From Alphaproteobacteria bacterium (lineage in GTDB: Bacteria > Pseudomonadota > Alphaproteobacteria > RF32 > CAG-239), in the NCBI GenBank assembly GCA_017452885.1, contig JAFTLF010000121.1, positions 1 through 44,986 on the forward strand: a DNA stretch of 44,986 bases. The letters run 5' to 3'. Positions 18,719 to 27,232 of the stretch are shown piece after piece (position 1 is the first letter of the stretch; every line of letters begins with the position of its first letter). The notes below the pieces were generated by a model. The model was not told the origin of the DNA, did no database searches, and saw only the letters and a program-made list of their open reading frames with translations. Both the position numbers and the translations under genes were made by a program.

Positions 18719-18920
18719 CCCTCTGTTCCCTTAAACTAGCCACAAGTATCCCTCATGCAACAAATATGCCAATTTCAACTTGCTTAACGGCACAACAAAA
18801 AATAAAAATAGTTTAAGGTTGGTTTACCAAATTCTGCAGAGCGTTATGGCTCTCAGAAACAAGACTGCTCATGTAAATATTTATGAAACAGCCACAAATC
18901 AAGGGCGACTTATAACATAT

Positions 18921-19808
18921 TTATTTTTTAAAATCCAGCAAAAAATTGCCAAGAGCTAATATGGAGTTGCAAATGTCGTTGCTAATATTTTGAAAATGCG
19001 GGCTTTTATTATAATTTTTTTCATCCATATATAACGAGCGATTGACTTCGATTTGCAAAGTGTAGATATTTTTTCGAGGCTGGCAGTAATTAAAAGCAAT
19101 ATATGCTCCGGCATAAGGGCGATTAAATTCAACGCGATAATCTCGAGCTTCTAGCGTGCGGCTTAAAAATTCGGACATATCAGTCGGGCAACTTTCATCA
19201 AATAGCGTGCATAAACAAAAATCAAGCGCTTTTTCATCATTCATTATATTACAAATTAGCGAAGGCATGGAATGACAGTCAATGAGCAAACAAAAGCCGA
19301 ATTTGCGAGCGCATTTGTCAACCAATTGCTTAAGGCGTTTATGATATGGATCATAAACATTTTTAATTCTTTCCATGGCTTCAGTGTATGATAATTTTCC
19401 ACCATATATGTTTTTGTTAGGATAAACGATACGATGTAAAACGCCAAGTCCGACTCTGCAACGACGACTTCCTGTATTACCAAGAGTTTGCGGAGCATCA
19501 AAAAACATATTTTCATCAAGTTCTATTTTATCTCGATTAACATCTATAAATGTTCTCGGAATATTCATGCTCAGCAATGGGATACCGGCATCAGATGCTT
19601 TTCTGACAATTTCGGTCATATAACAATCTTCTGAGGTTCGTAGTTCTTCTGCTGTTAAAAGAGAATTATCAAGAAATTCCTGCGGGAACAAATTTCCGCT
19701 GTGTGGGGATGATAAAACAATCGGAAAAGCCGGATCTTTTGTATTGTATTCGTCAAAAATACGTAATTTTTTATAATTAATACGAAAATCTAAATTTTTA
19801 TCAGTCAC
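18921..19808 (-). CDS. N-formylglutamate amidohydrolase family protein
   Basis: PIVLSSPHSGNLFP, FIDVNRD and LLIDCHSMPS are signatures of the FGase family (metal ligands H/D/H). Confidence 0.82.
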   Translation of the reverse strand: MTDKNLDFRINYKKLRIFDEYNTKDPAFPIVLSSPHSGNLFPQEFLDNSLLTAEELRTSEDCYMTEIVRKASDAGIPLLSMNIPRTFIDVNRDKIELDENMFFDAPQTLGNTGSRRCRVGLGVLHRIVYPNKNIYGGKLSYTEAMERIKNVYDPYHKRLKQLVDKCARKFGFCLLIDCHSMPSLICNIMNDEKALDFCLCTLFDESCPTDMSEFLSRTLEARDYRVEFNRPYAGAYIAFNYCQPRKNIYTLQIEVNRSLYMDEKNYNKSPHFQNISNDICNSILALGNFLLDFKK

Positions 19809-19861
19809 TGCGCCTCTCCACTACATTGGAACAATTGTGACACCAAAAACTTAAATAATCG

Positions 19862-20542
19862 CTAATTTGTCGTTCTTTTATTAATAAGTAAATACTGAAA
19901 CAATATAAACGCCGCAATTAGCGGTAGCAAGATTTCCGATGTTTCTTCTATGATGTTGATATGTTGACGTAGCTGTTCAGGCAACGGAAAGCCGTGACTG
20001 CGTTTATAATTAGAAGGGAATCTGTCAAAAAATTTTCCCAAAACACCAATTGTGCAAAGCGTTGCTATTGACCACGTTGTGGGATTCATTTGAAAAAATG
20101 ATAATACTAAATGTTTTGTGTATTTAACGGCAAGATAGACAACCAATCCGAAGAAGGCGAGCAAAATAACACCGGCTACGATTTTTTCGCTTAATGGATT
20201 GTTGGGATTAAGGAAAAATCGCGATTTAAATGCTGTCGTATCATGGGTTGTCAGCCAATGCTGAATACCTAATTCACGCAGGAAAAGAGAGATTCCCAGC
20301 AAAACAAAAACAATAAAATCAATCTGATGATTTTTATTTTTTAAGAAGAACTGTGCTGAAAAGATATAAGCAATCAACAAAGGAATATATGCAAAATTAG
20401 TCAACTGTTCCAAAATTCCTTTTTCGCTCAACAATAAAGGCAGATTATCATACTGAAAGGCAAAAACATAACACATTGCCGATAACCAAATCAGCGAAAA
20501 CAATATTGGAGTGAATAAGGGGGAAACAAGATATTTTTTCAT
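19862..20542 (-). CDS. Integral membrane protein, unknown function (226 aa, ~6 TM)
   Basis: It is the only long ORF here, with repeated hydrophobic spans (LFTPILFSLIWLSAMCYVFAF, FAYIPLLIAYIFSAQFF, VAGVILLAFFGLVVYLAV...). Confidence 0.65.
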   Translation of the reverse strand: MKKYLVSPLFTPILFSLIWLSAMCYVFAFQYDNLPLLLSEKGILEQLTNFAYIPLLIAYIFSAQFFLKNKNHQIDFIVFVLLGISLFLRELGIQHWLTTHDTTAFKSRFFLNPNNPLSEKIVAGVILLAFFGLVVYLAVKYTKHLVLSFFQMNPTTWSIATLCTIGVLGKFFDRFPSNYKRSHGFPLPEQLRQHINIIEETSEILLPLIAAFILFQYLLINKRTTN

Positions 20543-20647
20543 AAATGTTTAGTCCAGTTATAAAAAATTAGTTCTGTGCAACAAATATAAGGTATATCAA
20601 TTTATGCCAAATTTTAAACAAATGTAAGTTAAGGTGTAAAAAAATGC

Positions 20648-20676
20648 TTGTCAAACTAAAAATATTCGTATAAATA
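20648..20676 (+). promoter_or_regulatory. Possible promoter for tRNA-Val
   Basis: TTGTCA (20648-20653) is followed 15-17 nt later by the overlapping TATAAA/TAAATA (20669-20676). It lies about 60 nt upstream of the tRNA. Confidence 0.3.
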
Positions 20677-20733
20677 AAATTTTCGTAGCAAGTAGGCAAT
20701 TGCTTGCTTATATCAAATAATAAATATTTTTAT

Positions 20734-20810
20734 GGGTGTGTAGCTCAGGTGGTTAGAGCGCTACGTTGACATCGTAGAGGTCGCAAGTTCGAGTCTTGCC
20801 ACTCCCACCA
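20734..20810 (+). tRNA. tRNA-Val (anticodon GAC), CCA encoded
   Basis: Cloverleaf folded by hand: acceptor GGGTGTG/CACTCCC, D-arm GCTC..GAGC, anticodon stem CTACG/CGTAG with loop TTGACAT, T-arm GCAAG-TTCGAGT-CTTGC, 3' ACCA. Confidence 0.93.
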
Positions 20811-20811
20811 T

Positions 20812-20844
20812 AAACCCCTCTCCGTTTGCGGAGAGGGGTTTATT
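20812..20844 (+). terminator. Intrinsic terminator after tRNA-Val
   Basis: cccctctccg (20815-20824), loop tttg, cggagagggg (20829-20838), then TTTATT. Confidence 0.75.
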
Positions 20845-20893
20845 ATGATAAGTAACTAATCAAACTTGTGAAAATAGAACTATAAGACTAACT

Positions 20894-21400
20894 TTAATCT
20901 ATGATTTCATCAGCATAAATACCGTATAAATTTTGCCGAGATACCCACCCTTCTATATTACCAAACTGAATTAAACAAAAATTATTTCTGGGAGGGCATT
21001 TTTTTATTTCTCCGACAACGTCATCTTCAACCTTAGCAACGATTCGAGATTGATAATCATCTTTGGCATAAACGTTATTTTCTCCAGGAGTGATTATTTT
21101 AACAGAGCGCTTGCCGCTGAGAGTTATTTTATGAACCCAGCTTTCTGCGCCTTGCCAGTCTTTAATTTTACGCCACAATTCAAATTCGGCAATAATTTCA
21201 ACCGGAGCACCTTTTTGTAAATAAATCCATTCTATCGGATAACGTGACCCCGGACCGGAGCGAGCATTTGTACGATCGGAGTGCAGAGAAACAAAACGAG
21301 GAATAGCCAAACCTGTTTCGCCTTTATAATTTTCTTCTTGAGCATTAACGGTACCGCTAAAAAAAGCCAAACTCATCAGTACTGTAAATATGATTCTCAT
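20894..21400 (-). CDS. Periplasmic SH3-like domain protein (DUF1058 type)
   Basis: Signal peptide MRIIFTVLMSLAFFSGTVNA, then PRFVSLHSDRTNARSGPGSRYPIEWIYLQKGAPVEIIAEFELWRKIKDWQGAESWVH and a second SH3-like half. Confidence 0.8.
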   Translation of the reverse strand: MRIIFTVLMSLAFFSGTVNAQEENYKGETGLAIPRFVSLHSDRTNARSGPGSRYPIEWIYLQKGAPVEIIAEFELWRKIKDWQGAESWVHKITLSGKRSVKIITPGENNVYAKDDYQSRIVAKVEDDVVGEIKKCPPRNNFCLIQFGNIEGWVSRQNLYGIYADEIID

Positions 21401-21498
21401 TTTATTCCCCTTTGAATTTTTTCTTCTTTCATTTATCAGATATTATGACTAAATTAGATGAATAAATTGTAAAAATATACGCAGAAAAGGATTTTTTC

Positions 21499-22611
21499 AT
21501 GAATATTATTGAAACCGCTCAAAACCTTATTAAATTTCGCACCGAAACAGGCAATTATGAAGAAATAAAAAAATGTATGACTTATATGAAAAACTTATCA
21601 GGTTTGCAAAGCTCCAAAATCGACATTTTTCAGAAGGATAATCTGGCACCGGTTTTTTTTGCCAGAAATACCGATAGCCTTGATTTTGATGTGTTGATTC
21701 TTGGCCATATAGATGTTGTTCCTGCAGTTGATAAAATGTTTCTTCCTGAAATCCGTGATGGTAAAATGTTTGGTCGCGGTACGCTTGATATGAAGTCTTT
21801 TGCCGCTGTCGCGCTTAACTCTTTGGAGTATGTTCTGAAAAACAAATTATCATTAAAGTTTGGTGTAATTCTTTCGTCAGATGAAGAAAAGGGTTCGCAA
21901 GGATTAGAGGCATTTTTAGATGCACATCCTGAAATCAAATCAGAAATTGTATTGGACAATGATGTTGGTGGTAATATTTTTGAAATCATTCTCAAATGCA
22001 AAAATCCTGTATTTGTTAAAATCATGGCGCATGGCAAAGCTGTTCACGGTTCGACCCCTTGGAATGGAATTGATGCTAATGAAATACTTATGCAAACATT
22101 GTTTAACATAAGAAAGATTTATCCTTATTATTCTCAAAATGGGGTTGTGCCGGATAATAAATGGGTTGATACTGTACATTTTGCTAAAATAAGTGGCGGA
22201 GATGTTGCTAATGTAGTATCTCACTACGCTGAAGCTCTTTGCGATTTTCGTTTAATTGAAACCGGTAGCGTGGATGAACTATGCACCAATCTTGACAAAG
22301 CGATGCTTCCAGGTGTTGAGTACAAAATAATTTCGTCGTCTACTCCGGTGGTTATGGATGAAAAAAATCAGCATATTCTGGAATATAAACAATTTGCAGA
22401 AGATATTCTCGGACAAGAGTTGCGTTTTGAATATATGGGAGGGGCAACAGATTCTCGTTCATTTGCTATCCGAGGGTCTACCGTAATTATGCACTCGGGT
22501 AGTGGCGAAGGTATGCACGCTGATGATGAATATGTTGAAATTGAATCAATCGAAAAAATTGCAGAAATTCAAACTCGCTTTCTTGATAAATTAGCCCTTG
22601 AAAAAAAATAG
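21499..22611 (+). CDS. M20 family metallopeptidase (ArgE/DapE/ACY1/CPG2-like)
   Basis: LILGHIDVVP, GRGTLDMKS, SSDEEKGS and GGATDSR are consistent with the M20 metal-binding and dimerisation-domain layout. Confidence 0.88.
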   Translation: MNIIETAQNLIKFRTETGNYEEIKKCMTYMKNLSGLQSSKIDIFQKDNLAPVFFARNTDSLDFDVLILGHIDVVPAVDKMFLPEIRDGKMFGRGTLDMKSFAAVALNSLEYVLKNKLSLKFGVILSSDEEKGSQGLEAFLDAHPEIKSEIVLDNDVGGNIFEIILKCKNPVFVKIMAHGKAVHGSTPWNGIDANEILMQTLFNIRKIYPYYSQNGVVPDNKWVDTVHFAKISGGDVANVVSHYAEALCDFRLIETGSVDELCTNLDKAMLPGVEYKIISSSTPVVMDEKNQHILEYKQFAEDILGQELRFEYMGGATDSRSFAIRGSTVIMHSGSGEGMHADDEYVEIESIEKIAEIQTRFLDKLALEKK

Positions 22612-22635
22612 GCTCTACGCTATAAATCAAAGCAC

Positions 22636-22712
22636 GCCGGCGTAGCTCATCAGGATAGAGCAACAGTTTCCTAAACTGTGGGTAGGAGGTTCGAGTCCTC
22701 TCGCTGGCGCCA
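22636..22712 (+). tRNA. tRNA-Arg (anticodon CCT), CCA encoded
   Basis: Acceptor GCCGGCG/CGCTGGC (one G-U), D-arm GCTC..GAGC, anticodon stem ACAGT/ACTGT with loop TTCCTAA, T-arm GGAGG-TTCGAGT-CCTCT, 3' GCCA. Confidence 0.93.
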
Positions 22713-22770
22713 TTTTATATGGCAAGCTTTTTTAGATAAACTATGTTCGGTTTTTATCAAGCATAAAAGT

Positions 22771-22792
22771 AGGCTCCTCAGTTGAGGAGCCT
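22771..22792 (-). terminator. Intrinsic terminator after the 22797..23135 gene
   Basis: aggctcctc / gaggagcct 9-bp stem with a 4-nt loop, starting 5 nt past the stop. It is followed on the - strand by ACTTTTAT. Confidence 0.6.
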
Positions 22793-22796
22793 TAAT

Positions 22797-23135
22797 TTAA
22801 TCAACGTATAAGACCTGATTTTCACCATTGTAATTACTTACGCAACGCTGTGTTACATTTCCGGTTGAGCGTGATACGACGGCAAAACATTGCTGTGTAT
22901 TCATTGGAAGCGTATAAGTGGTTGTTTGTTTTATCGGTGCGGCAGTTGCAGAACCAATGGCAAAACCAACCAAACCTGATGCTAATGCAACCAATGGTGC
23001 GACAGAATGATTATGAGATTTATAAACAATTTTGGAAAATGGACGATGATGTCCGCTACTATGATGAAAAGGTCTTGCTTGTGCCGGAACACTTATCATT
23101 GAAGCCAGCAACAAAACTACCAATAATTTTTTCAT
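22797..23135 (-). CDS. Small exported His-rich protein (112 aa)
   Basis: Signal peptide MKKLLVVLLLASMISVPAQA, a His-rich stretch RPFHHSSGHHRPFSKIVYKSHNH, a Gly/Ala-rich hydrophobic segment and two Cys near the C-terminus. Confidence 0.6.
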   Translation of the reverse strand: MKKLLVVLLLASMISVPAQARPFHHSSGHHRPFSKIVYKSHNHSVAPLVALASGLVGFAIGSATAAPIKQTTTYTLPMNTQQCFAVVSRSTGNVTQRCVSNYNGENQVLYVD

Positions 23136-23170
23136 CTCTTTTCTCCTGAGTATAATCTCTATTACGAAAT

Positions 23171-23572
23171 CTATTTTTTGTCACGACGATGACGACGATT
23201 TTTAAATTCATCTTTCTTTTCGGCCTTTATTTTGGATAATTCCGATTTTTGTTCATCAGTCAAAATATTCTCAAATTCTTTCATGTTTTCATGACGAACT
23301 TTATCCATCTTTTGACGAATTTCTTTCATTTCTTTCATTAATGGTTTTATTTTTTCGTGTCCTGATTTGCGAATATCTTCAGCTTTGGTTTTCTGCTCAT
23401 CCGTCAGTTTGAGGCGTTCGGCAAGCTTTTGGTGCATTTGTTCCATTTTTTCATGATGAGCCGAACGATTATCGAAATTAATTTCGTGATGCGGATTATG
23501 TGCATAAACATTGTCAACGCCGATAAGAAGTGCAGTGCTAAATATTCCTGCTAATAAAAATTTCTTGTTCAT
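23171..23572 (-). CDS. Periplasmic Spy/CpxP/ZraP-type LTXXQ protein (heavy-metal-sensor-like)
   Basis: Signal peptide, a His-rich N-terminus HNPHHEINFDNRSAHHEKMEQMH, and two LTXXQ motifs (LKLTDEQKTKAE, ILTDEQKSEL). The protein is highly charged and helical. Confidence 0.8.
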   Translation of the reverse strand: MNKKFLLAGIFSTALLIGVDNVYAHNPHHEINFDNRSAHHEKMEQMHQKLAERLKLTDEQKTKAEDIRKSGHEKIKPLMKEMKEIRQKMDKVRHENMKEFENILTDEQKSELSKIKAEKKDEFKNRRHRRDKK

Positions 23573-23574
23573 AT

Positions 23575-24069
23575 TTATTCTCCTCTCAAAAATTTTAATT
23601 GTTCAGCCAAAATTTTGCGGGCCGTTGATAATCTTGATTTAACCGTGCCTTCCGGTATGTCTAGGCGGCGGGCAATTTCAGCATATGGCATTTCTTCAAA
23701 TTCATACCATACGACGACTTTGCGTAATGGTGCAGGTAACGCATCGACCGCTTTTAATATAATCTTTTGTCGGGTTTTAGCATCAAGACGTTCCTCTTGT
23801 TTGCCTTGTACAACAATTTTTTCCAATAATTCATCTCCGCCGATTTTATTCTTGTCTTCGCGAAAAAAACGAGATTTGAAATAATCACGGCAAAGATTGG
23901 CTGTCAACGTGCTAAGCCATGCTCTAACCTTGCCTTTGTCCTGATATTTGTCGCGATTTTGCCATGCTCTCAAATAAACCTCTTGCTCTAAATCCTCATT
24001 ATAAGAGCCGGTCAGTTTTTTGATAACGGCACGAATCAAATTGCGATGTTCGGTTTGTTCTGCGGTCAT
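23575..24069 (-). CDS. ECF (group 4) sigma-70 family RNA polymerase sigma factor
   Basis: Region 2 (DLEQEVYLRAWQNRDKYQ...RAWLSTLTANLCRDYF) and region 4 HTH (VVWYEFEEMPYAEIARRLDIPEGTVKSRLSTARKIL). Confidence 0.9.
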   Translation of the reverse strand: MTAEQTEHRNLIRAVIKKLTGSYNEDLEQEVYLRAWQNRDKYQDKGKVRAWLSTLTANLCRDYFKSRFFREDKNKIGGDELLEKIVVQGKQEERLDAKTRQKIILKAVDALPAPLRKVVVWYEFEEMPYAEIARRLDIPEGTVKSRLSTARKILAEQLKFLRGE

Positions 24070-24323
24070 TAAACCACCTTTAACAGTCCGAACTCATCAG
24101 TCGGAAGTCCCATATCATCGATAACCGAACCGTCTGCCATTTGATTTATCTGACTGTCCATATTATCAAAATTATAGAAGTAAGGCGATGGCACAGAAGC
24201 AAACTGTCCTATTCCCCAAGCGCAAACAATTACGGCAAGCAAAGCTTTTAGTTGATTGCGGCGACGTTTGCGTTGAAAATAAAGAGGTTTTGCTTCTTGC
24301 AATAAATCAGAAATATCTTCCAT
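24069..24323 (-). CDS. Small single-pass membrane protein, candidate anti-sigma factor (84 aa)
   Basis: Basic RKRRRNQ followed by the TM helix LKALLAVIVCAWGIGQFASV. Its stop overlaps the ECF sigma ATG (TAATG). Confidence 0.5.
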   Translation of the reverse strand: MEDISDLLQEAKPLYFQRKRRRNQLKALLAVIVCAWGIGQFASVPSPYFYNFDNMDSQINQMADGSVIDDMGLPTDEFGLLKVV

Positions 24324-24436
24324 TTTTATTCACCTGTTTTTTGGCCTTTCAATTATTATAACGAAGCATAGTCACAAAAAGTTCATTTGAATATAAAAAA
24401 TTTTTACTTAATTTAAAAAATTATCAATAAAAACTC

Positions 24437-24465
24437 TTGCGAAAATATTTTTAATAGGCTAAGTT
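24437..24465 (+). promoter_or_regulatory. Possible promoter for tRNA-Ser
   Basis: TTGCGA (24437-24442), a 17-nt spacer, then TAAGTT (24460-24465), about 15 nt before the tRNA 5' end. Confidence 0.35.
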
Positions 24466-24479
24466 CGGCACTGAGATAC

Positions 24480-24570
24480 GGATAGATGGCCGAGTGGTCG
24501 AAGGCGCACGATTGGAAATCGTGTGTACCCCTAAAGGGTACCGTGGGTTCGAATCCCACTCTATCCGCCA
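24480..24570 (+). tRNA. tRNA-Ser (anticodon GGA), long variable arm, CCA encoded
   Basis: Acceptor GGATAGA/TCTATCC, anticodon stem CACGA/TCGTG with loop TTGGAAA, variable arm GTACCCCTAAAGGGTAC, T-arm GTGGG-TTCGAAT-CCCAC, 3' GCCA. Confidence 0.93.
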
Positions 24571-24581
24571 TTAACAAAAGA

Positions 24582-24603
24582 AGCGCCGAGAGGTGCTTTT
24601 TTT
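24582..24603. terminator. Hairpin + T-run after tRNA-Ser, between convergent genes
   Basis: agcgcc (24582-24587), loop gaga, ggtgct (24592-24597), then TTTTTTT. The convergent MazG-like gene ends at 24626. Confidence 0.6.
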
Positions 24604-24625
24604 GTTAATGATGAGGATAGACGGA

Positions 24626-24952
24626 TTAGAGACGTTCCCACGTGCGAGTTTTGTTAATTTCTTCTTTGTTGCGAAAAGCCTGCTCCAAATCAATGCCGTG
24701 CATATTGGCCAATGAACATATATAAATAAATACATCCGCCAATTCTTCAGCAACATTGCCAATCTGCGAACCACTGCCGACAGAACCTTTTTTGTTATTC
24801 TTGCGAACAGCGGAAATAAGTTCGCCGCATTCTTCCGCCAACAAACAACATTCGTAAAATTTATCGGTTGTATTAAAGCCTCGCTCTTGCTTCATTTCCA
24901 TAACATATCTTTGAAAATCACTTAATGTTGGTGACGATCTTAGTTCTTGCAT
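24626..24952 (-). CDS. MazG-like nucleotide pyrophosphohydrolase domain protein (108 aa)
   Basis: LLAEECGELISAVRK and VAEELADVFIYICSLANMHGIDLEQAF match the EExxE / ExxD metal-binding helices of the MazG fold. Confidence 0.82.
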   Translation of the reverse strand: MQELRSSPTLSDFQRYVMEMKQERGFNTTDKFYECCLLAEECGELISAVRKNNKKGSVGSGSQIGNVAEELADVFIYICSLANMHGIDLEQAFRNKEEINKTRTWERL

Positions 24953-25175
24953 ATTTTTTCCTTTATAGATTTTATAATAACATCATGACATATAATTTTT
25001 TGTTTTCAAAACATTTTGGCAATTCTTTGTTATTAAATTGTATTCGATAGTTGAAATTAACCTTCCGTTAAACTAATTTATATACTATAAAATAAGAGGT
25101 GAACCTTAGAAAACTATTGCAAATCCTCTGATTTTGTGCTAGACAATTGCTAAATTTTGGCTATGGATTTCTGAA

Positions 25176-25535
25176 ATGATAATTGATAGTAACAATAAGA
25201 AGCAAAAGAGTATACTTACTAATAAGTGCTTTTACCAAACAACAGCACGAATTATGCGCGACTTTGAAGAGAAAGGTTATGCTAATTCGGCTGATGAGAC
25301 GGCAAAAGTGATTGCTGCTTATCATGACATTGTGAAGAAAAAAGCCAAAAATACTTTCAATCAAGACTATAATTCCGCTTTTAAGCGAATTGACGGAGCA
25401 ATTCAATCTCTGGCTAATCAGGTTTTTTATGATTGTGATAAAAAGAGTTTGGACTATGCTTATCATTCGTTTGAAGAATTTGATCATATCGGCGCTATTG
25501 TAACTCGTCAAAGAGCTAAAAAGAGCGCTTTATGA
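25176..25535 (+). CDS. Hypothetical protein (119 aa)
   Basis: Hydrophilic, balanced composition. It is preferred over the fully overlapping - ORF 25161..25511, which is Ile/Leu/Phe/Ser-rich as expected for an antisense frame in AT-rich DNA. Confidence 0.5.
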   Translation: MIIDSNNKKQKSILTNKCFYQTTARIMRDFEEKGYANSADETAKVIAAYHDIVKKKAKNTFNQDYNSAFKRIDGAIQSLANQVFYDCDKKSLDYAYHSFEEFDHIGAIVTRQRAKKSAL

Positions 25536-25638
25536 TCTTGCACTTTATTTCCGTGTATTTCCCAAAAACTTTGGTTGCCAAATCAGCTTTTATGTTCTAA
25601 TGATAATTTATTGTTAAAACTACAAAGGAATGTTTGTT

Positions 25639-26610
25639 ATGTCTAGAATTTCTTTAATAGGTTGTGGTCGTTGGGGTACTTTTTTGGGGTGGTACGCTGC
25701 CAATTATAAAAATTTTGACGTTGATATGTATGATATTCCCACTTCGCCAAACTTTATTGAACTGCGCGATACTCGCAAAAATTCTTATCTTACACTCAGC
25801 GATAACATGTTTTTAACAGACAAGCTTGCGGATGTTCTTCAAAACAACATTGTCATAATTTCTGTAGGGTGCCAATATTTTCGCGGTCTATGCAAAGAGC
25901 TTAGCTCGTATGACTTGAAAGGTAAAACCTTTTTATTGGCGATGAAAGGGTTGGAAGAGTCTAGCGCTACAACGATGCTTGATATTATGCGTCAAGAAAT
26001 CAAGCAAGAGATTCATATTGGTACCTTAGGCGGTCCCGGACATGTTCAGGATTATATGAAAAAAGTTCCTTCTTGCGCAGTAATTGACAGCGATGAAGAA
26101 GAAACTAAAGACTTTTTGATTAAAACTTTTTCTAGTGAGCTTATTCGTTTTTATTACGGTTCTGACCTTATCGGAAATCAAATAGGCGCTGCACTTAAAA
26201 ATGTTATAGGAATTGCTGCCGGTATTCTTGATGGCTTGGAATGGTATGGACTTAAAGGTGCTTTGATGGCTCGTGCGCCTGTAGAAGTAAGCCGTTTTAT
26301 TAAGTTTTTTGGCGGCAATCCAATGACTGCGTACGGTTTATCACATCTTGGAGATTATGAGGCAACGCTATTTTCTTCACACAGTCATAACCGGACATTC
26401 GGCGAGAAATTTGCTCGCGGAGAAAATTTTGGTAAGCCGGCGGAAGGCGTGGCAACACTCAAGGCCGTTAAACTCATTGCCGATGAAAAAGGTATTGATA
26501 TGCCTATTTGTCAGGCTTTGTATGCCGTCGTTTATGAAAAAGCAGATATAAAAAACACCATTCAAGGAATGTTTGAGCGCAATTTAAAACAAGAATTTGA
26601 AAAATATTAA
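25639..26610 (+). CDS. gpsA: NAD(P)H-dependent glycerol-3-phosphate dehydrogenase-like protein (divergent GpsA)
   Basis: ISLIGCGRWGTFLG (Rossmann), GGPGHVQD, GAALKNVIGIAAGILDGL, LGDYEATLFSSHSHNRTFG and EGVATLKAV follow the GpsA motif order. ATG 25639 is preferred because AAAGGA lies 9 nt upstream. Confidence 0.82.
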   Translation: MSRISLIGCGRWGTFLGWYAANYKNFDVDMYDIPTSPNFIELRDTRKNSYLTLSDNMFLTDKLADVLQNNIVIISVGCQYFRGLCKELSSYDLKGKTFLLAMKGLEESSATTMLDIMRQEIKQEIHIGTLGGPGHVQDYMKKVPSCAVIDSDEEETKDFLIKTFSSELIRFYYGSDLIGNQIGAALKNVIGIAAGILDGLEWYGLKGALMARAPVEVSRFIKFFGGNPMTAYGLSHLGDYEATLFSSHSHNRTFGEKFARGENFGKPAEGVATLKAVKLIADEKGIDMPICQALYAVVYEKADIKNTIQGMFERNLKQEFEKY

Positions 26611-26613
26611 TGT

Positions 26614-26638
26614 AAAAAGCGCCTTATGGCGCTTTTTT
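26614..26638. terminator. Bidirectional intrinsic terminator between convergent gpsA-like and phosphatase genes
   Basis: aaaa-agcgcc-ttat-ggcgct-ttttt (stem 26618-26623 / 26628-26633), with an A-run and a T-run on either side. Confidence 0.75.
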
Positions 26639-26659
26639 AATGTTTTACAAACGCAAGTA

Positions 26660-27232
26660 TTATTCGCTCAAACGCCAATCACCGTCTTCGTATATAATAT
26701 GATATAAGGCAGTATTTTCCATACGATGTGGAGGCAAACCAAATTTATATAACAAGTAACGAATTGCGCCGCCGTGTGAAGCAATACCTATTGTTTTGTA
26801 AGTTTGTTTTAATAAGTTTTCTAATACAGCAAACATTCGTGTCTGAGCTTCCTCTTTGCTTTCTCCATTAGGAAAACGTACATTCATATTTTCTTTTTCA
26901 TTATACCAATCTTCAAAAATTTGAGCATATTTGACCGCAACTTCACTTTTAAGCAAGCCTTCGGCTTTTCCCAAACAAACCTCTCGCAAATCAGGTATAA
27001 CGTCTACGCCAATATGCAATTGAGATGCAACTATTTGAGCCGTGTGCAAAGCTCGTTGTAAATTGCTTGAATAAATATACTCCAGGCCACAATGCTCAAG
27101 TTTCATTGCCAATCGTTTTGCCTGAGCCACCCCTTCTTCATTCAGATCAATATCTATTCCACTACCTTGCCAACGACGTTCTTTGTTATAATCAGTTTGT
27201 CCATGGCGAAAAATATAAAAATCTTTACGCAT
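26660..27232 (-). CDS. Histidine phosphatase family protein (phosphoglycerate mutase-like)
   Basis: FYIFRHGQTDYN (RHG catalytic motif), SSNLQRALHTA and ASHGGAIR. Confidence 0.88.
   Translation of the reverse strand: MRKDFYIFRHGQTDYNKERRWQGSGIDIDLNEEGVAQAKRLAMKLEHCGLEYIYSSNLQRALHTAQIVASQLHIGVDVIPDLREVCLGKAEGLLKSEVAVKYAQIFEDWYNEKENMNVRFPNGESKEEAQTRMFAVLENLLKQTYKTIGIASHGGAIRYLLYKFGLPPHRMENTALYHIIYEDGDWRLSE

Noticed and set aside
18719-18920. 202-nt intergenic region upstream of the lytic transglycosylase gene as a possible sRNA or small-ORF locus
   Set aside because: Only very short ORFs and no convincing stem-loop/terminator pair were found. It is most simply the promoter/leader region of the 17978..18718 block.
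25161-25511. 116-aa minus-strand ORF fully overlapping the 25176..25535 plus-strand ORF
   Set aside because: Its Ile/Leu/Phe/Ser-rich composition is typical of an antisense frame, and the plus-strand product looks more protein-like. Neither has a recognisable family, so even the plus-strand call is only moderate.
24480-26610. tRNA-Ser as an integration site for a genomic island (MazG-like gene and orphan hypothetical gene follow it)
   Set aside because: There is no integrase. I could spot no direct repeat of the tRNA 3' end elsewhere in the window, and housekeeping-type genes follow. The evidence is insufficient.
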